A stretch of DNA of 32,000 bases from Phycisphaera mikurensis NBRC 102666 (GTDB taxonomy: Bacteria; Planctomycetota; Phycisphaerae; Phycisphaerales; Phycisphaeraceae), in assembly GCF_000284115.1 (NCBI RefSeq), contig NC_017080.1, positions 2,070,001 to 2,102,000 on the forward strand, in the 5' to 3' direction. This document shows, piece by piece, positions 10,230-18,567 of this stretch; within the stretch, counting starts at the first letter, position 1, and every line of letters starts with the position of its first letter. The position numbers were made by a program, and so were the translations under genes. The notes beneath the pieces are model-generated. The model saw only the letters and a list, made by a program, of their open reading frames with translations. It did no database searches and was not told the DNA's origin.

Positions 10230-11732
10230 TCACGCGGCGATGCGCGGGCGGGGCGCCGCGGCGGGCTCGGGCTCGGCGGACCAGGTGGAGGGCTCGAAGC
10301 CGTGGCGGTCGAGGTGGCCACGGAGCCCCTCGACGGCGCCGCCGCAGACGGCGGTGCGTGCCTCGGCTTCGAGGATGGACAGCACCTTCTCCCGGGGCAT
10401 CGTGGCGCGGTAGGGCCGCTCCGCGGTCATGGCCTCGTACATGTCGGCGACGGCGAGGATGCGGCTGTGCGGGTGGATGGCGTCGCCGACGAGGCCGCGG
10501 TGGTAGCCGGTGCCGTCGAGTTTCTCGTGGTGGCCGGCGGCGACCTCGCTCAGATCGCCGAGCCCCCGGACCCGCCCGAGGATCTGGTGGGTGAAGGCCG
10601 CGTGCTGGCGCATCTCGCGGAACTCGGCGTCGTCGAGCTTGCCGGGCTTGTCGAGGATCGTGTTGGAGACGCCGAGCTTGCCGACGTCGTGCAGCAGCGC
10701 GGCCCGGCGGACCTGCCGCACCTCCGCGGCCGGAAGCCCCTGGTGGCGGGCGATGCCGACCGCGAGCTCCTCCACGCCCTCGCTGTGGCGGCGGGTCCAG
10801 GGGCTCTTGGCGTCGACGACCTGGGCGAAGCCGATCGCGATGTCGTCGATGCGGGCGTCGTCGGCGAGCAGCCGCTTCTCGGGCGGCTCGAGGTCGACCA
10901 ACGCGGCGAACGGATCGGCGGTGTAGACGCCCGACCAGAAGTTGGTCTGGTTCTCCAGCCGAAGCGCCACGTCGGCGATCGTGGGGTCGAACCAGTGGCC
11001 GCGTCGCCGGCGGAGCATGTCCATGCCGGCGCCCACGCCGTGCGCGGCGACGAAGACCTCCAGCGTCTGGGCGAGCCCGAGCACGCGGGCGAGCAGCGGG
11101 ATCGCCTCCCGGCGGGTGCCGTGGGGGTGGCCGCGTCCGTCCCAGTGCTCGTCGAGCGCGTAGATCGCTTCGGAGGTGGCCTCGGGGACGCCGAAGAGCC
11201 GGGAGATGGCGGCGCCACGCTCGCACCGGATCGAGATCATCTCCCGCCCGGCCGCGGGCCCGGCGGCGCCGATGCGGGCGGCCCGGCCGATCTTCTCGAT
11301 CATGGTGCCGCTGCCGAAGGCGTGCCGCGTCGTGTACTTGATCGATTCGCCGAGGCGGGCCCAGTCGACGGTCTTGAAGTCGCGTTTGATGCCCCGATCG
11401 TCGCCGCCGAAGAGGTTGGCGATGCGTGCGGCGTTGCTCGAGCAGCCCAGGTCCTTGAGCTGGCTGGCGTAGAAAAGAGCGGAGTGCTCCTCGACGCTGA
11501 GATGCAGCTCCGACGCGATCTGCATCGCGATCAGGCAGGTCCGGGCGGAGTGGCCCTGCGGCTGTCCCTCGGTCACGTCCAGCGCGGCGGAGAGGGCGGA
11601 GACGAGGTCGGCGAGGCGGATCGTCGGGGCGGGTGCGGACGCGGCATCGGGGGCCCCGGCCCCGCCCGGCGGCGTGGGGCCGGCTTGCAGGGGGCGGTCG
11701 TTCGTCGTCGAGGCGGGCGTGGGGTGATCCAT
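10230..11732 (-). CDS. HD-GYP domain protein (putative cyclic-di-GMP phosphodiesterase) with degenerate N-terminal copy
   Basis: C-terminal half: RRHSEGVEELAVGIARHQGL...AALLHDVGKLGVSNTILDKPGKL...HHEKLDGTGYHRGL...RILAVADMYEAMTAERPYR. The N-terminal half has a parallel layout (GHSARTCLIAMQIASEL...LKDLGCS...DEHWDGRGHPHG). Confidence 0.88.
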   Translation of the reverse strand: MDHPTPASTTNDRPLQAGPTPPGGAGAPDAASAPAPTIRLADLVSALSAALDVTEGQPQGHSARTCLIAMQIASELHLSVEEHSALFYASQLKDLGCSSNAARIANLFGGDDRGIKRDFKTVDWARLGESIKYTTRHAFGSGTMIEKIGRAARIGAAGPAAGREMISIRCERGAAISRLFGVPEATSEAIYALDEHWDGRGHPHGTRREAIPLLARVLGLAQTLEVFVAAHGVGAGMDMLRRRRGHWFDPTIADVALRLENQTNFWSGVYTADPFAALVDLEPPEKRLLADDARIDDIAIGFAQVVDAKSPWTRRHSEGVEELAVGIARHQGLPAAEVRQVRRAALLHDVGKLGVSNTILDKPGKLDDAEFREMRQHAAFTHQILGRVRGLGDLSEVAAGHHEKLDGTGYHRGLVGDAIHPHSRILAVADMYEAMTAERPYRATMPREKVLSILEAEARTAVCGGAVEGLRGHLDRHGFEPSTWSAEPEPAAAPRPRIAA

Positions 11733-11938
11733 CCGCCTGGTCGATCGGCTGGGCGGACGGGGGCCTGCAGGCGGGCGCCTCGCCCTCTCGACGAAAGCGG
11801 GCCGGCTGGGCGGGCTGCGCCGGTGTGCCCGCCGGTGCGGGTTTCGGCGCGACCCAGCCGAGGCGGAGGCACGCCCCCGCGCCGAGGACCGCCCGTTGAC
11901 CCGGCTCGCCGCTCCCGCTACCCTCTCCGCCCGACGAA

Positions 11939-12011
11939 GCCCCCTTCGTCTAGTGGCCTAGGACATCGCCTTCTCATGGCGAGAACAGGGGTTCGACTCC
12001 CCTAGGGGGTA
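11939..12011 (+). tRNA. tRNA-Glu (anticodon CTC), integration target
   Basis: GCCCCCTTCGTCTAGTGGCCTAGGACATCGCCTTCTCATGGCGAGAACAGGGGTTCGACTCCCCTAGGGGGTA: acceptor GCCCCCU/AGGGGGU, anticodon stem UCGCC/GGCGA, loop UUCUCAU, T arm AGGGG-UUCGACU-CCCCU. Confidence 0.92.
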
Positions 12012-13317
12012 AGGGTCCCGTGCGGACCGCACCACGATGCCCCCCAGTGCCTCGCACGGGGGGTTTTTCGTTGCCGGTGCCCCCCCTTGCCCGCGGAGCG
12101 CGCACCACAGGGCGCACCACTCCCGCCTCGGCTCCGGCCGCGCCGCCCACGTCCGCCCCGGGCTCCGCCACCGCCCGCGCCCAGTGATCCGCCGTGATCC
12201 GGTTGTAGTGCGCGTCCGCCACCTTCTCGGAGTTCCCGAGCCACGCCGCCACCACGTGCCCGGCGTAGCGGTCGTTCAGGTCGGTCTGCCGGCTCGCCCG
12301 CAGGGCATGGAACAGCCGGGGCCACGGCTTCAGGCCCGCCCGGTCGATCGCCGCCAGCACCGGCTTGCGGAACGCCTGCCCGGTCCGCGTCGCCGCGTAG
12401 GGCACCACGTGCACCGCGCCCGCGGGCGCGGCCTCGAAGGTTTCCCGCAGGGCCTCCAGCAGCTCGGGGAACAGCGGCACCTCCCGGGTTTCGTGCCCCG
12501 CGTGCCCGGCGGTCTTCGGGCTCCGCACCAGCAGGCGGCCGGCGGCCCAATCCACGTCCGCCCACAGCATCCCCTCCACCTCGGACGGGATCCGCACGCC
12601 GCCCCAGCGGGCCAGGATGAACAGCGTCCGAAGCTCCCCGGTGGACAGTGCCCCGCGGCCTTGCAGCTCCGCCAGCACCGCCAGGGCGTCCGCCTCGGGC
12701 ACGTACGCGGCCCGCTCGGGGTTCGGCATCGACGTGATCGGCAGGTGCCCGAAGGGGTCCACCGCCTCGCCCACCAGCTTCTTCCGCCGGCCGTAGCGGA
12801 ACAGGTCCCGCAGGTCGCCGGTCGTCTTCCGCGTCGTCGCCTCCGCCAGCCCCTTCCGGCCGGGGCCGGTGCCCCGCATCCACGCCCGCCAATCGTCGGC
12901 GTCGCCGGCGGTCACGGTGTCCGGGTTGCGGTCCGCCCCGAAGTGCTCCAGCAGGTACCGCCGCGACTGCCCAAGCCGCCGCACGGTGTTCGGCTTCTTC
13001 GTCGCGGCCTTCGTCTTCAGCCACGCCTCGGACAGCTCCCCGAGCGTTGCGGTTGCGGCGGCCTCCAGGGGCTCCGCCAGCCCGCAGGCCACCAGCCGCT
13101 CCCGCAGCGTCCCCTCCACCCGCGACAGCCACGCCCGCGTCGGCGGCGTCGGCTCCAGGCCCGCCGCCCCCGCGGCCTCCAGCTCGCCCACGTGCGCGGC
13201 CACTTGCTCCGCCCGCCGCTTCGCCATCTTCCCGAGCCACACCGCCCGCCGTCGGCCGTCTCGGAGTCTCACGTACACCCGCACGTTTCCGCGGGGATCG
13301 GTCGTCATGCTCGCCAT
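11974..13317 (-). CDS. int: Tyrosine recombinase / integrase whose integrated-form 3' end reads through attL into tRNA-Glu antisense
   Basis: MASMTTDPRGNVRVYVRLRDGRRRAVWLGKMAKRRAEQV...; core-binding TVTAGDADDWRAWMRG; catalytic-type RWGGVRIPSEVEGMLWADVDW...SPKTAGH...LFHALRASRQTDLNDRYAGHVVAAWLGNSEKVADAHYNRI; ends RTGPLPPRGVEPLFSP*. ATG at 13317 is the likely start. Confidence 0.9.
   Translation of the reverse strand: MASMTTDPRGNVRVYVRLRDGRRRAVWLGKMAKRRAEQVAAHVGELEAAGAAGLEPTPPTRAWLSRVEGTLRERLVACGLAEPLEAAATATLGELSEAWLKTKAATKKPNTVRRLGQSRRYLLEHFGADRNPDTVTAGDADDWRAWMRGTGPGRKGLAEATTRKTTGDLRDLFRYGRRKKLVGEAVDPFGHLPITSMPNPERAAYVPEADALAVLAELQGRGALSTGELRTLFILARWGGVRIPSEVEGMLWADVDWAAGRLLVRSPKTAGHAGHETREVPLFPELLEALRETFEAAPAGAVHVVPYAATRTGQAFRKPVLAAIDRAGLKPWPRLFHALRASRQTDLNDRYAGHVVAAWLGNSEKVADAHYNRITADHWARAVAEPGADVGGAAGAEAGVVRPVVRAPRARGGTGNEKPPVRGTGGHRGAVRTGPLPPRGVEPLFSP
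11991..12016 (+). repeat. attL core (tRNA-Glu side)
   Basis: GTTCGACTCCCCTAGGGGGTAAGGGT; spans the T-loop/T-stem/acceptor of tRNA-Glu plus 5 nt downstream. Confidence 0.93.
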
Positions 13318-13434
13318 GTTGTTCCTGCCTTGCCTTCTTGCGGGGCCCCAGCCCCTCGGGTGATCCACCGCGACCGTAGAGAGCCGCGGGCCGGCGCGCC
13401 AGCGGGTGCCGGCTTCCACGCCTCTTCCTGCCCG

Positions 13435-13971
13435 TCAGAACCCCGGCAGCGCCGCCGCCTCGGGCCTCGGGGTGTTCGCCGCCTCCAGGGCCTCGGCACC
13501 CGGGGGCGTCCAGCGCTGCGCCTTCAGGTCGGCCCGCGTCACGTCCAGCGCGTCGCCAAACAGCCGCCGGAACCCGGGGGCGTCGCCGGCCTCCGCGACC
13601 CGAGCCGCCCACCGGGCCGCCAGCGGCCGCACCACCTCCGGGGGCCACGCTGCCCGAAGGGCCACCAGCAGCCGCTCCGCTGCGCCGTCCGCGGGGGCGT
13701 CTCCGTTCCACAGCCGCACGCCCATCGCATCGGCCACCGCCCACAGCGGGGGAAGGCTGCCCGAAGGGAAGGGCGGCGGCGGGCCGCACGCCTCCCCGAG
13801 CACCAGCAGCCGCAGCAGGGACAGACGGGCGGCGGCGGCCTCCGCCACCAGCGCCGGCGGCAGGGCCTCACCCGCGGCCGGGTCCAGCCGCAGCTTCACC
13901 CGAGCCGCAACGCCCGCGGTCTCCAGCCGCTCCAGCAGGTCCGCCGCGGCGGGGGGGTTGCTGCCGCTCAC
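13435..13971 (-). CDS. Hypothetical protein downstream of the DUF3987 gene
   Basis: GTG start overlaps the DUF3987 stop (GTGA at 13968-13971): VSGSNPPAAADLLERLETAGVAARVKLRLDPAAGEALPPALVAEAAAARLSLLRLLVLGEACG...RADLKAQRWTPPGAEALEAANTPRPEAAALPGF. Confidence 0.65.
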   Translation of the reverse strand: MSGSNPPAAADLLERLETAGVAARVKLRLDPAAGEALPPALVAEAAAARLSLLRLLVLGEACGPPPPFPSGSLPPLWAVADAMGVRLWNGDAPADGAAERLLVALRAAWPPEVVRPLAARWAARVAEAGDAPGFRRLFGDALDVTRADLKAQRWTPPGAEALEAANTPRPEAAALPGF

Positions 13972-16514
13972 AGCTCCACTCCCTCCCCGATGCCCGGGGT
14001 CGGCGGCTCGGGCGTCGCTCCGCCGCCACCCGTGCGGGATCCACTCACAGAACCCACAGAACCCCGGGCCGCCGGGGGTTGTGTGAGTTTCGTGCGCGGC
14101 TTTTCCTCCGGCAGGGGCCGCGGGCGGCGCCACGCGTAGCTCACGCTCGGGGCTCCGCCCTTGGCGGTCGTCGGCACCTCTTGCTCCAGCAGGTGCCCGT
14201 GATCCCGCAGCAGCTCAAGCGCCCGCGTCACCGGCTCCGCCTTCCGGCCGATCCCGCTCCAGCCCTTCGCGTACACGTCCCGGCCGCTGAAGCGCTCCGG
14301 CAGGTCGCCCGCCTCCAGCCGCTCCAGGATCCGCCCGGCCCGCTCCACAGCCTCCCGCGTCTCGGACAGCAGCACCCGGCGGGCGTGCGCCTCGAAGTAC
14401 GCCGCCAGCTCCAGGGCCCGCCGCAGGGCGTCGTCGGTTACCCGGTGCGGGTCCGCCACTGCCGCCGGCTCGGTCGCGTCGGCCACGTGCAGCAGAAGCG
14501 CGAGGCTCGGCACCAGCTTCCGCAGCTTGGACAGCCACCCGGACATCATCGGGGATCGCTCCCGCGGCAGCCGGGCCTCCAGCACGTGCCGCCACGCCCG
14601 GAACCGCTCCAGCGCATCGCCGCAGAATCGCAGGTGCGGGATCGCGTCCGCGGGAGCGTTTTCATCCACCCGCCCCCCGAGCCTTGCGGGGTCGGTTGTC
14701 GCGGCCCGCTCGTACGCAGCCTCGGCTCGGGCGAAAGCCACGCGGTCCGGCTTCCGGTCTACGTCCCGCCACTCCGCGGGATGGTCGGGCCAGGTCATCG
14801 CTTGCAGCCTGTCCAGGAACCCGTCGGCTCGGGTGCCACCCGCAGCGACCGCGGCCACCAGCGCGGCCATCGGCTCGGGTTGAATCGCGCCGCACACAGA
14901 CAGGCACATCCGATCCACGTAGACCTCGCCCCGCCTGATCCGGTCCAGCGATAGGCACCCGTCGCCGTTCCAAGCCTCCAGGCACAGCGCCCGCTCTTGC
15001 TCCCGCCCCTTCTTCTCCAGCCCCGCCAGCCACCCGGGCAGCTCATCGCGCAGCAGGGTCACGCCCGCAGGGTTGTGCTCCATGATCGCGTGCAGCTTCT
15101 CGGGCGTCGCATCGTTCACCACGTACCGCCGCGGGGTCGGCGCCGCCGGCGGCTCCACCTCGCCCAGCAGCCGCTCCGCTTCGGCCATCGCCTCCGCGTC
15201 GTCACCCGCCGCCGCCTTCTTCAGCACCGCCTCCGCCGCGGCTCGCTTAGCCTTGAAGGTCGTCACCTTCAGCTCATACGCCGCCTCGGCTTCGGCGTTG
15301 CTCTTCCTCGCCCGCTTCTCCAGCCGCTCCAGCATCCGCTTCGGCTCCTTCATCGCCGGCGTCTTCATCGTGCCCGGTGAACCCACCACGCCGCCCCACA
15401 GGTTCGGAATCTCTTCCCATGTTGTGTCGTCTCCCTTCGGGCGGATGCACAGCCGCGCACCCACGGCTCCGCTGAAGGTCACCAGCGCCGCCACCGCCAC
15501 GTAATCCAAGGGGCATTGCATCCGGTCGGCCACGTCCAGGCACCACAGGCGGAACGCCTCGGGCAGCCACGCGGGATCGAAAGGCGGCACCGCCAGCAGC
15601 GGCGGGGGCAGCGGCCGCGGCTCGGGAGTGCCTGCCGGCTCCGCCTCCGCCGCCAGCGCCTCCACCGCAGCCCGCACCGCCCCGGGGTCCGCCTCCCGCT
15701 CCAGCGCGTCCACCAGGTCACCCCGGGGGGGCAGGTCCGCCCAGCGGTCCACCAGGTGCACCACCCGCACGTCGGCGGCCACGTCGCCCAGGTGATCCGC
15801 GACCCGAGCCGCCCACTTCCTGCCGGGGTCGTCATGGTCCGCCAGCACCCGCACGCAACGGCCTCGAAGCGCTTTCCAGTCGGTTGCATCGACGGGGGCA
15901 CCGCTGCCGCCCGCAGCGGTCACCGTCACCAGACCGGCCTCGGCTCCGGCGTCGGCGGCCTTCTCCCCCTCCAGCACGTCCACCGGCAGGGAAGGGTTGG
16001 CCGCCAGTAGCTCGGGGAGCCGGTACAGCGGGCGCGGCTTCGGCATCGCCTCCGCACGCCACAGCCCATCGACGGGGCAGCGGCTCGCCTGCCGGTAGGT
16101 CTTCCGGCCGCCGGCTTCCTCGAAGCGCAGCACCACGCCCACCGGCTTCTCCGCAGCGTCCCGGTATGTCCACCGCCCGGCCGCGGGGCCACGCTGCCCA
16201 TACGCGGCCTTCACCAGCTCCGCGGCGGTCCCGTAGCCTCCCGGCCTGTTCTCTCCCGCGTCGCCCGTCTCCAGCGGGGCCGCGGCTTGCGGGCGCTTCG
16301 CCGGCATCCACGTCCCGGTCGTCGCCTCGGGCGGGGCGTCGTCGGCCGCGAATACTCCACCGCCATCCTTCGCCGCCAGCAGCTTCCAGCCGGGCGGGGG
16401 GGCCGCCAGCCGCTCACACTTCACGCGGGAACCGTTGCCCATCCGGGCGCACCAGTCCGGCTTGCCGCACACAGGGCAGGGCTCCGCTTTCGTCACGGTG
16501 TTGAAGTCGCTCAA
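13968..16514 (-). CDS. Zinc-finger/TOPRIM-like plus DUF3987-like protein (putative element replication primase/helicase-like)
   Basis: N-terminal CPVCGKPDWCARMGNGSRVKCER zinc-finger; TOPRIM-like VDVLEGEKAADAGAEAGLVTVTAAGGSGA...RVLADHDDPGRKWAARVADHL; DUF3987-like WCLDVADRMQCPLDYVAVAALVTFSGAVGARLCIRPK...NLWGGVVGSPGTMKTPAMKE...PTPRRYVVNDATPEKLHAIMEHNPAGVTLLRDELPGWLAGL. TTG start at 16514 inferred from TTGA overlap. Confidence 0.85.
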   Translation of the reverse strand: MSDFNTVTKAEPCPVCGKPDWCARMGNGSRVKCERLAAPPPGWKLLAAKDGGGVFAADDAPPEATTGTWMPAKRPQAAAPLETGDAGENRPGGYGTAAELVKAAYGQRGPAAGRWTYRDAAEKPVGVVLRFEEAGGRKTYRQASRCPVDGLWRAEAMPKPRPLYRLPELLAANPSLPVDVLEGEKAADAGAEAGLVTVTAAGGSGAPVDATDWKALRGRCVRVLADHDDPGRKWAARVADHLGDVAADVRVVHLVDRWADLPPRGDLVDALEREADPGAVRAAVEALAAEAEPAGTPEPRPLPPPLLAVPPFDPAWLPEAFRLWCLDVADRMQCPLDYVAVAALVTFSGAVGARLCIRPKGDDTTWEEIPNLWGGVVGSPGTMKTPAMKEPKRMLERLEKRARKSNAEAEAAYELKVTTFKAKRAAAEAVLKKAAAGDDAEAMAEAERLLGEVEPPAAPTPRRYVVNDATPEKLHAIMEHNPAGVTLLRDELPGWLAGLEKKGREQERALCLEAWNGDGCLSLDRIRRGEVYVDRMCLSVCGAIQPEPMAALVAAVAAGGTRADGFLDRLQAMTWPDHPAEWRDVDRKPDRVAFARAEAAYERAATTDPARLGGRVDENAPADAIPHLRFCGDALERFRAWRHVLEARLPRERSPMMSGWLSKLRKLVPSLALLLHVADATEPAAVADPHRVTDDALRRALELAAYFEAHARRVLLSETREAVERAGRILERLEAGDLPERFSGRDVYAKGWSGIGRKAEPVTRALELLRDHGHLLEQEVPTTAKGGAPSVSYAWRRPRPLPEEKPRTKLTQPPAARGSVGSVSGSRTGGGGATPEPPTPGIGEGVEL

Positions 16515-16771
16515 TGGGCACCGCCTTCCGCGAGGGGGGCGGCGGCTTCGGCCTGCCGGGCGTCGGCCCAGCGTTGAAGCTCCGCACGGTTGAACAGGCG
16601 GCAGGTGCCCAGCTTGAAGCTCGGGAGCGTGCCGGCCGCCGCCAGCTCCTTCACCGTCCGCTCGGACAGGCACAGCACCGCGGCGGCTTGCTTCGCCCGC
16701 AGGGTGATCGGCACCAGCACCGCCTCGGGCGGCGCGGCCTTCGGGTCGTCGGGGGTCGCCAGCATGTTCAC
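16511..16771 (-). CDS. Helix-turn-helix, AlpA/excisionase-like protein
   Basis: VNMLATPDDPKAAPPEAVLVPITLRAKQAAAVLCLSERTVKELAAAGTLPSFKLGTCRLFNRAELQRWADARQAE; winged-HTH MerR/AlpA pattern. GTG start overlaps the upstream stop. Confidence 0.8.
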   Translation of the reverse strand: MNMLATPDDPKAAPPEAVLVPITLRAKQAAAVLCLSERTVKELAAAGTLPSFKLGTCRLFNRAELQRWADARQAEAAAPLAEGGAH

Positions 16772-16971
16772 GCGGCACCGCCTTCCGCGTCGCCGGCGGC
16801 GCGGGCCAGCAGGCACCGCTTCACGGCTTCCACGTTGAACAGCAGGCGGCGGCCGGCTCGAAGGTGCGGGATCCGGCCGGCGGCCGTTTCTTCCTTCAGC
16901 CACGCCGCGGGGATCTTCAGGCGCCGGGCGAGGGCCGGCAGCGCCACCAGGTCGGTAGGTGTTTCATTCAT
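16768..16971 (-). CDS. Second small helix-turn-helix, excisionase-like protein
   Basis: MNETPTDLVALPALARRLKIPAAWLKEETAAGRIPHLRAGRRLLFNVEAVKRCLLARAAGDAEGGAA; same architecture as the adjacent 16511-16771 protein. Confidence 0.75.
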   Translation of the reverse strand: MNETPTDLVALPALARRLKIPAAWLKEETAAGRIPHLRAGRRLLFNVEAVKRCLLARAAGDAEGGAA

Positions 16972-17037
16972 GCCCGCCACGTTGCTCGGCAGCGGGCGGC
17001 TCCCGGTCACCTCCCGGGCGTTTTTCGGGCGGTTTTC

Positions 17038-17568
17038 CTACAACTTCGGCGTTTCAGGCGGTTGCAGCGTGTAGCGGCCTTGCGTCGGCGTCACCACCAG
17101 CGTTCTCCAGGCATCATGGTTGCGGAACCAGTCCGACGGCTTCGCGCTCTCGCGTGCCCCCACGCGGTCCCGCAGGGTCTCCACAGACAGCGGCCGCCGC
17201 CCATCCTCGTACGCCTCCCAAAGCGCCCGGATGCACCGGCGTTGCATCGGCCGCGGGAAGTCGAAGGTCTTCGCGCCCCACCGGAACGTCTCGAAGTCGG
17301 GGCCGGGCGCCATGCCCGGGCCGGCAGCCGCCTCACGCTCCGCTGCCGTCGCCGGCAGCCCCGGACCGCTTCCCGCCACCTTCAGCCGACCCACCGCCCG
17401 CCGGCACACGTCGGCCACCTCCTCCACCCGGGCCGGGTCCGTCTCCAGGTCCTTCACGGTCCACCCGAAGGGCTCCGGGTCCAGCCTTTGCTCCCGCACC
17501 ACCTCCAGCACCATCGGGAGCGCCAGCTCGTACGCAGCATCCGTGATCGCCAGCGCCTCCCGGCGCAT
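17038..17568 (-). CDS. Hypothetical protein (element cargo)
   Basis: MRREALAITDAAYELALPMVLEVVREQRLDPEPFGWTVKDLETDPARVEEVADVCRRAVGRLKV...AKTFDFPRPMQRRCIRALWEAYEDGRRPLSVETLRDRVGARESAKPSDWFRNHDAWRTLVVTPTQGRYTLQPPETPKL; balanced composition unlike the shadow ORFs. Confidence 0.75.
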   Translation of the reverse strand: MRREALAITDAAYELALPMVLEVVREQRLDPEPFGWTVKDLETDPARVEEVADVCRRAVGRLKVAGSGPGLPATAAEREAAAGPGMAPGPDFETFRWGAKTFDFPRPMQRRCIRALWEAYEDGRRPLSVETLRDRVGARESAKPSDWFRNHDAWRTLVVTPTQGRYTLQPPETPKL

Positions 17569-17601
17569 CTTCAGCTCCGCGCGTGCCTCTCTTGCGCCCG
17601 C

Positions 17602-18204
17602 CTACGCGTCCGGCAGGTCGCCGCCCAAGTCCGGGTCACGCTTCGCCCGCCTCACGCGGTCGTTGCTCCAACCCAGCGTCTCCGCTGCCACCCGCTCCGC
17701 CTCCCGCGCCTCCAGCAGCCCCTTCAGTGTGCCCGGGAAGCCTTGCACCGCCAGCCGCGGGCACCATGGCCGTTGCACCTCCACCGCCGCGGCCCGCCGA
17801 ACCCGCCGCACGTCGGCGTACCACGCCTCCCGCCGGGGGTCCGCCACCCGCAGGCAGTCCAGGCTCGTACCCAGCGTCTCCGCCTCGATGCCCCACCGGG
17901 CCGCCGCGTCCTCCACCGGGGCAAGGTTCGCCGCGAACGTCCGCGACAGCCGCGACGGCACGTCCGCCAGCTTCCCCAGCCGCTCCCGTGCCCGGGCCGC
18001 CGTCGCGTCCGCCTCCGCTCGGGCGGGGCTCCCCTCGGGCAGCGCGGCCGCCGTCGCTCGGGCTCCGCGGTCGGTCGCGTCCGCGTCAGCGCATTGCTCC
18101 AGGGCCTCTACATACTCCGCCGGCAGCTCCAGCAGCCGGGCAGCCGCCGCGTCCACCGCCTGCGCTTCAGCCGCCCGGCGTTGCCCCTCCAGTGTGTCTC
18201 GCAT
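17602..18204 (-). CDS. Hypothetical protein (element cargo)
   Basis: MRDTLEGQRRAAEAQAVDAAAARLLELPAEYVEALEQCADADATDRG...PWCPRLAVQGFPGTLKGLLEAREAERVAAETLGWSNDRVRRAKRDPDLGGDLPDA. Confidence 0.7.
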   Translation of the reverse strand: MRDTLEGQRRAAEAQAVDAAAARLLELPAEYVEALEQCADADATDRGARATAAALPEGSPARAEADATAARARERLGKLADVPSRLSRTFAANLAPVEDAAARWGIEAETLGTSLDCLRVADPRREAWYADVRRVRRAAAVEVQRPWCPRLAVQGFPGTLKGLLEAREAERVAAETLGWSNDRVRRAKRDPDLGGDLPDA

Positions 18205-18567
18205 GGTCCTGCCTTCGGTGGAAACGGCCGGGCCCCGCGTCTCACCCAGGCAGGGAGGGAACGCAGGGCCCGTACGGCGCGGATCAGGCGCCTACCGGTC
18301 GGGATCGTAGCGGCGGGCGGCTCGGCTCCACCCCGGCGGCCAAAGAAAGAAACAGAATCCACATCCTCGACTGTTCCCCACGGTCTCAGCGGGCGAATCG
18401 TTCGCCAGGAAGGACCCAAACGCCCCCCCTAGGGCCGCCTCCTGCCCGTCGTCAGTTCCGGGGGCCACCAGGGCCGGAACGGTCCGCCAGGCTCTCACGG
18501 TGCCGCGTCGCCGCTGCCCGGGCATCCTCCTGAGCCGCCGCGGGCAGCTTCCGCCACGCCGCCGGGT

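Noticed and set aside
13318-13419. Upstream extension of the integrase to MEAGTRWRAGPRLSTVAVDHPRG...
   Set aside because: The first 34 residues look non-coding; MASMTTDPRGNVRVYVRLRDGRR at 13317 is the typical N-terminal start for this integrase type.
12002-13789. 595-aa minus ORF and 700-aa plus ORF overlapping the integrase
   Set aside because: Low-complexity R/G/P/A-rich translations in alternative frames of a high-GC gene; the integrase frame carries recognisable catalytic motifs.
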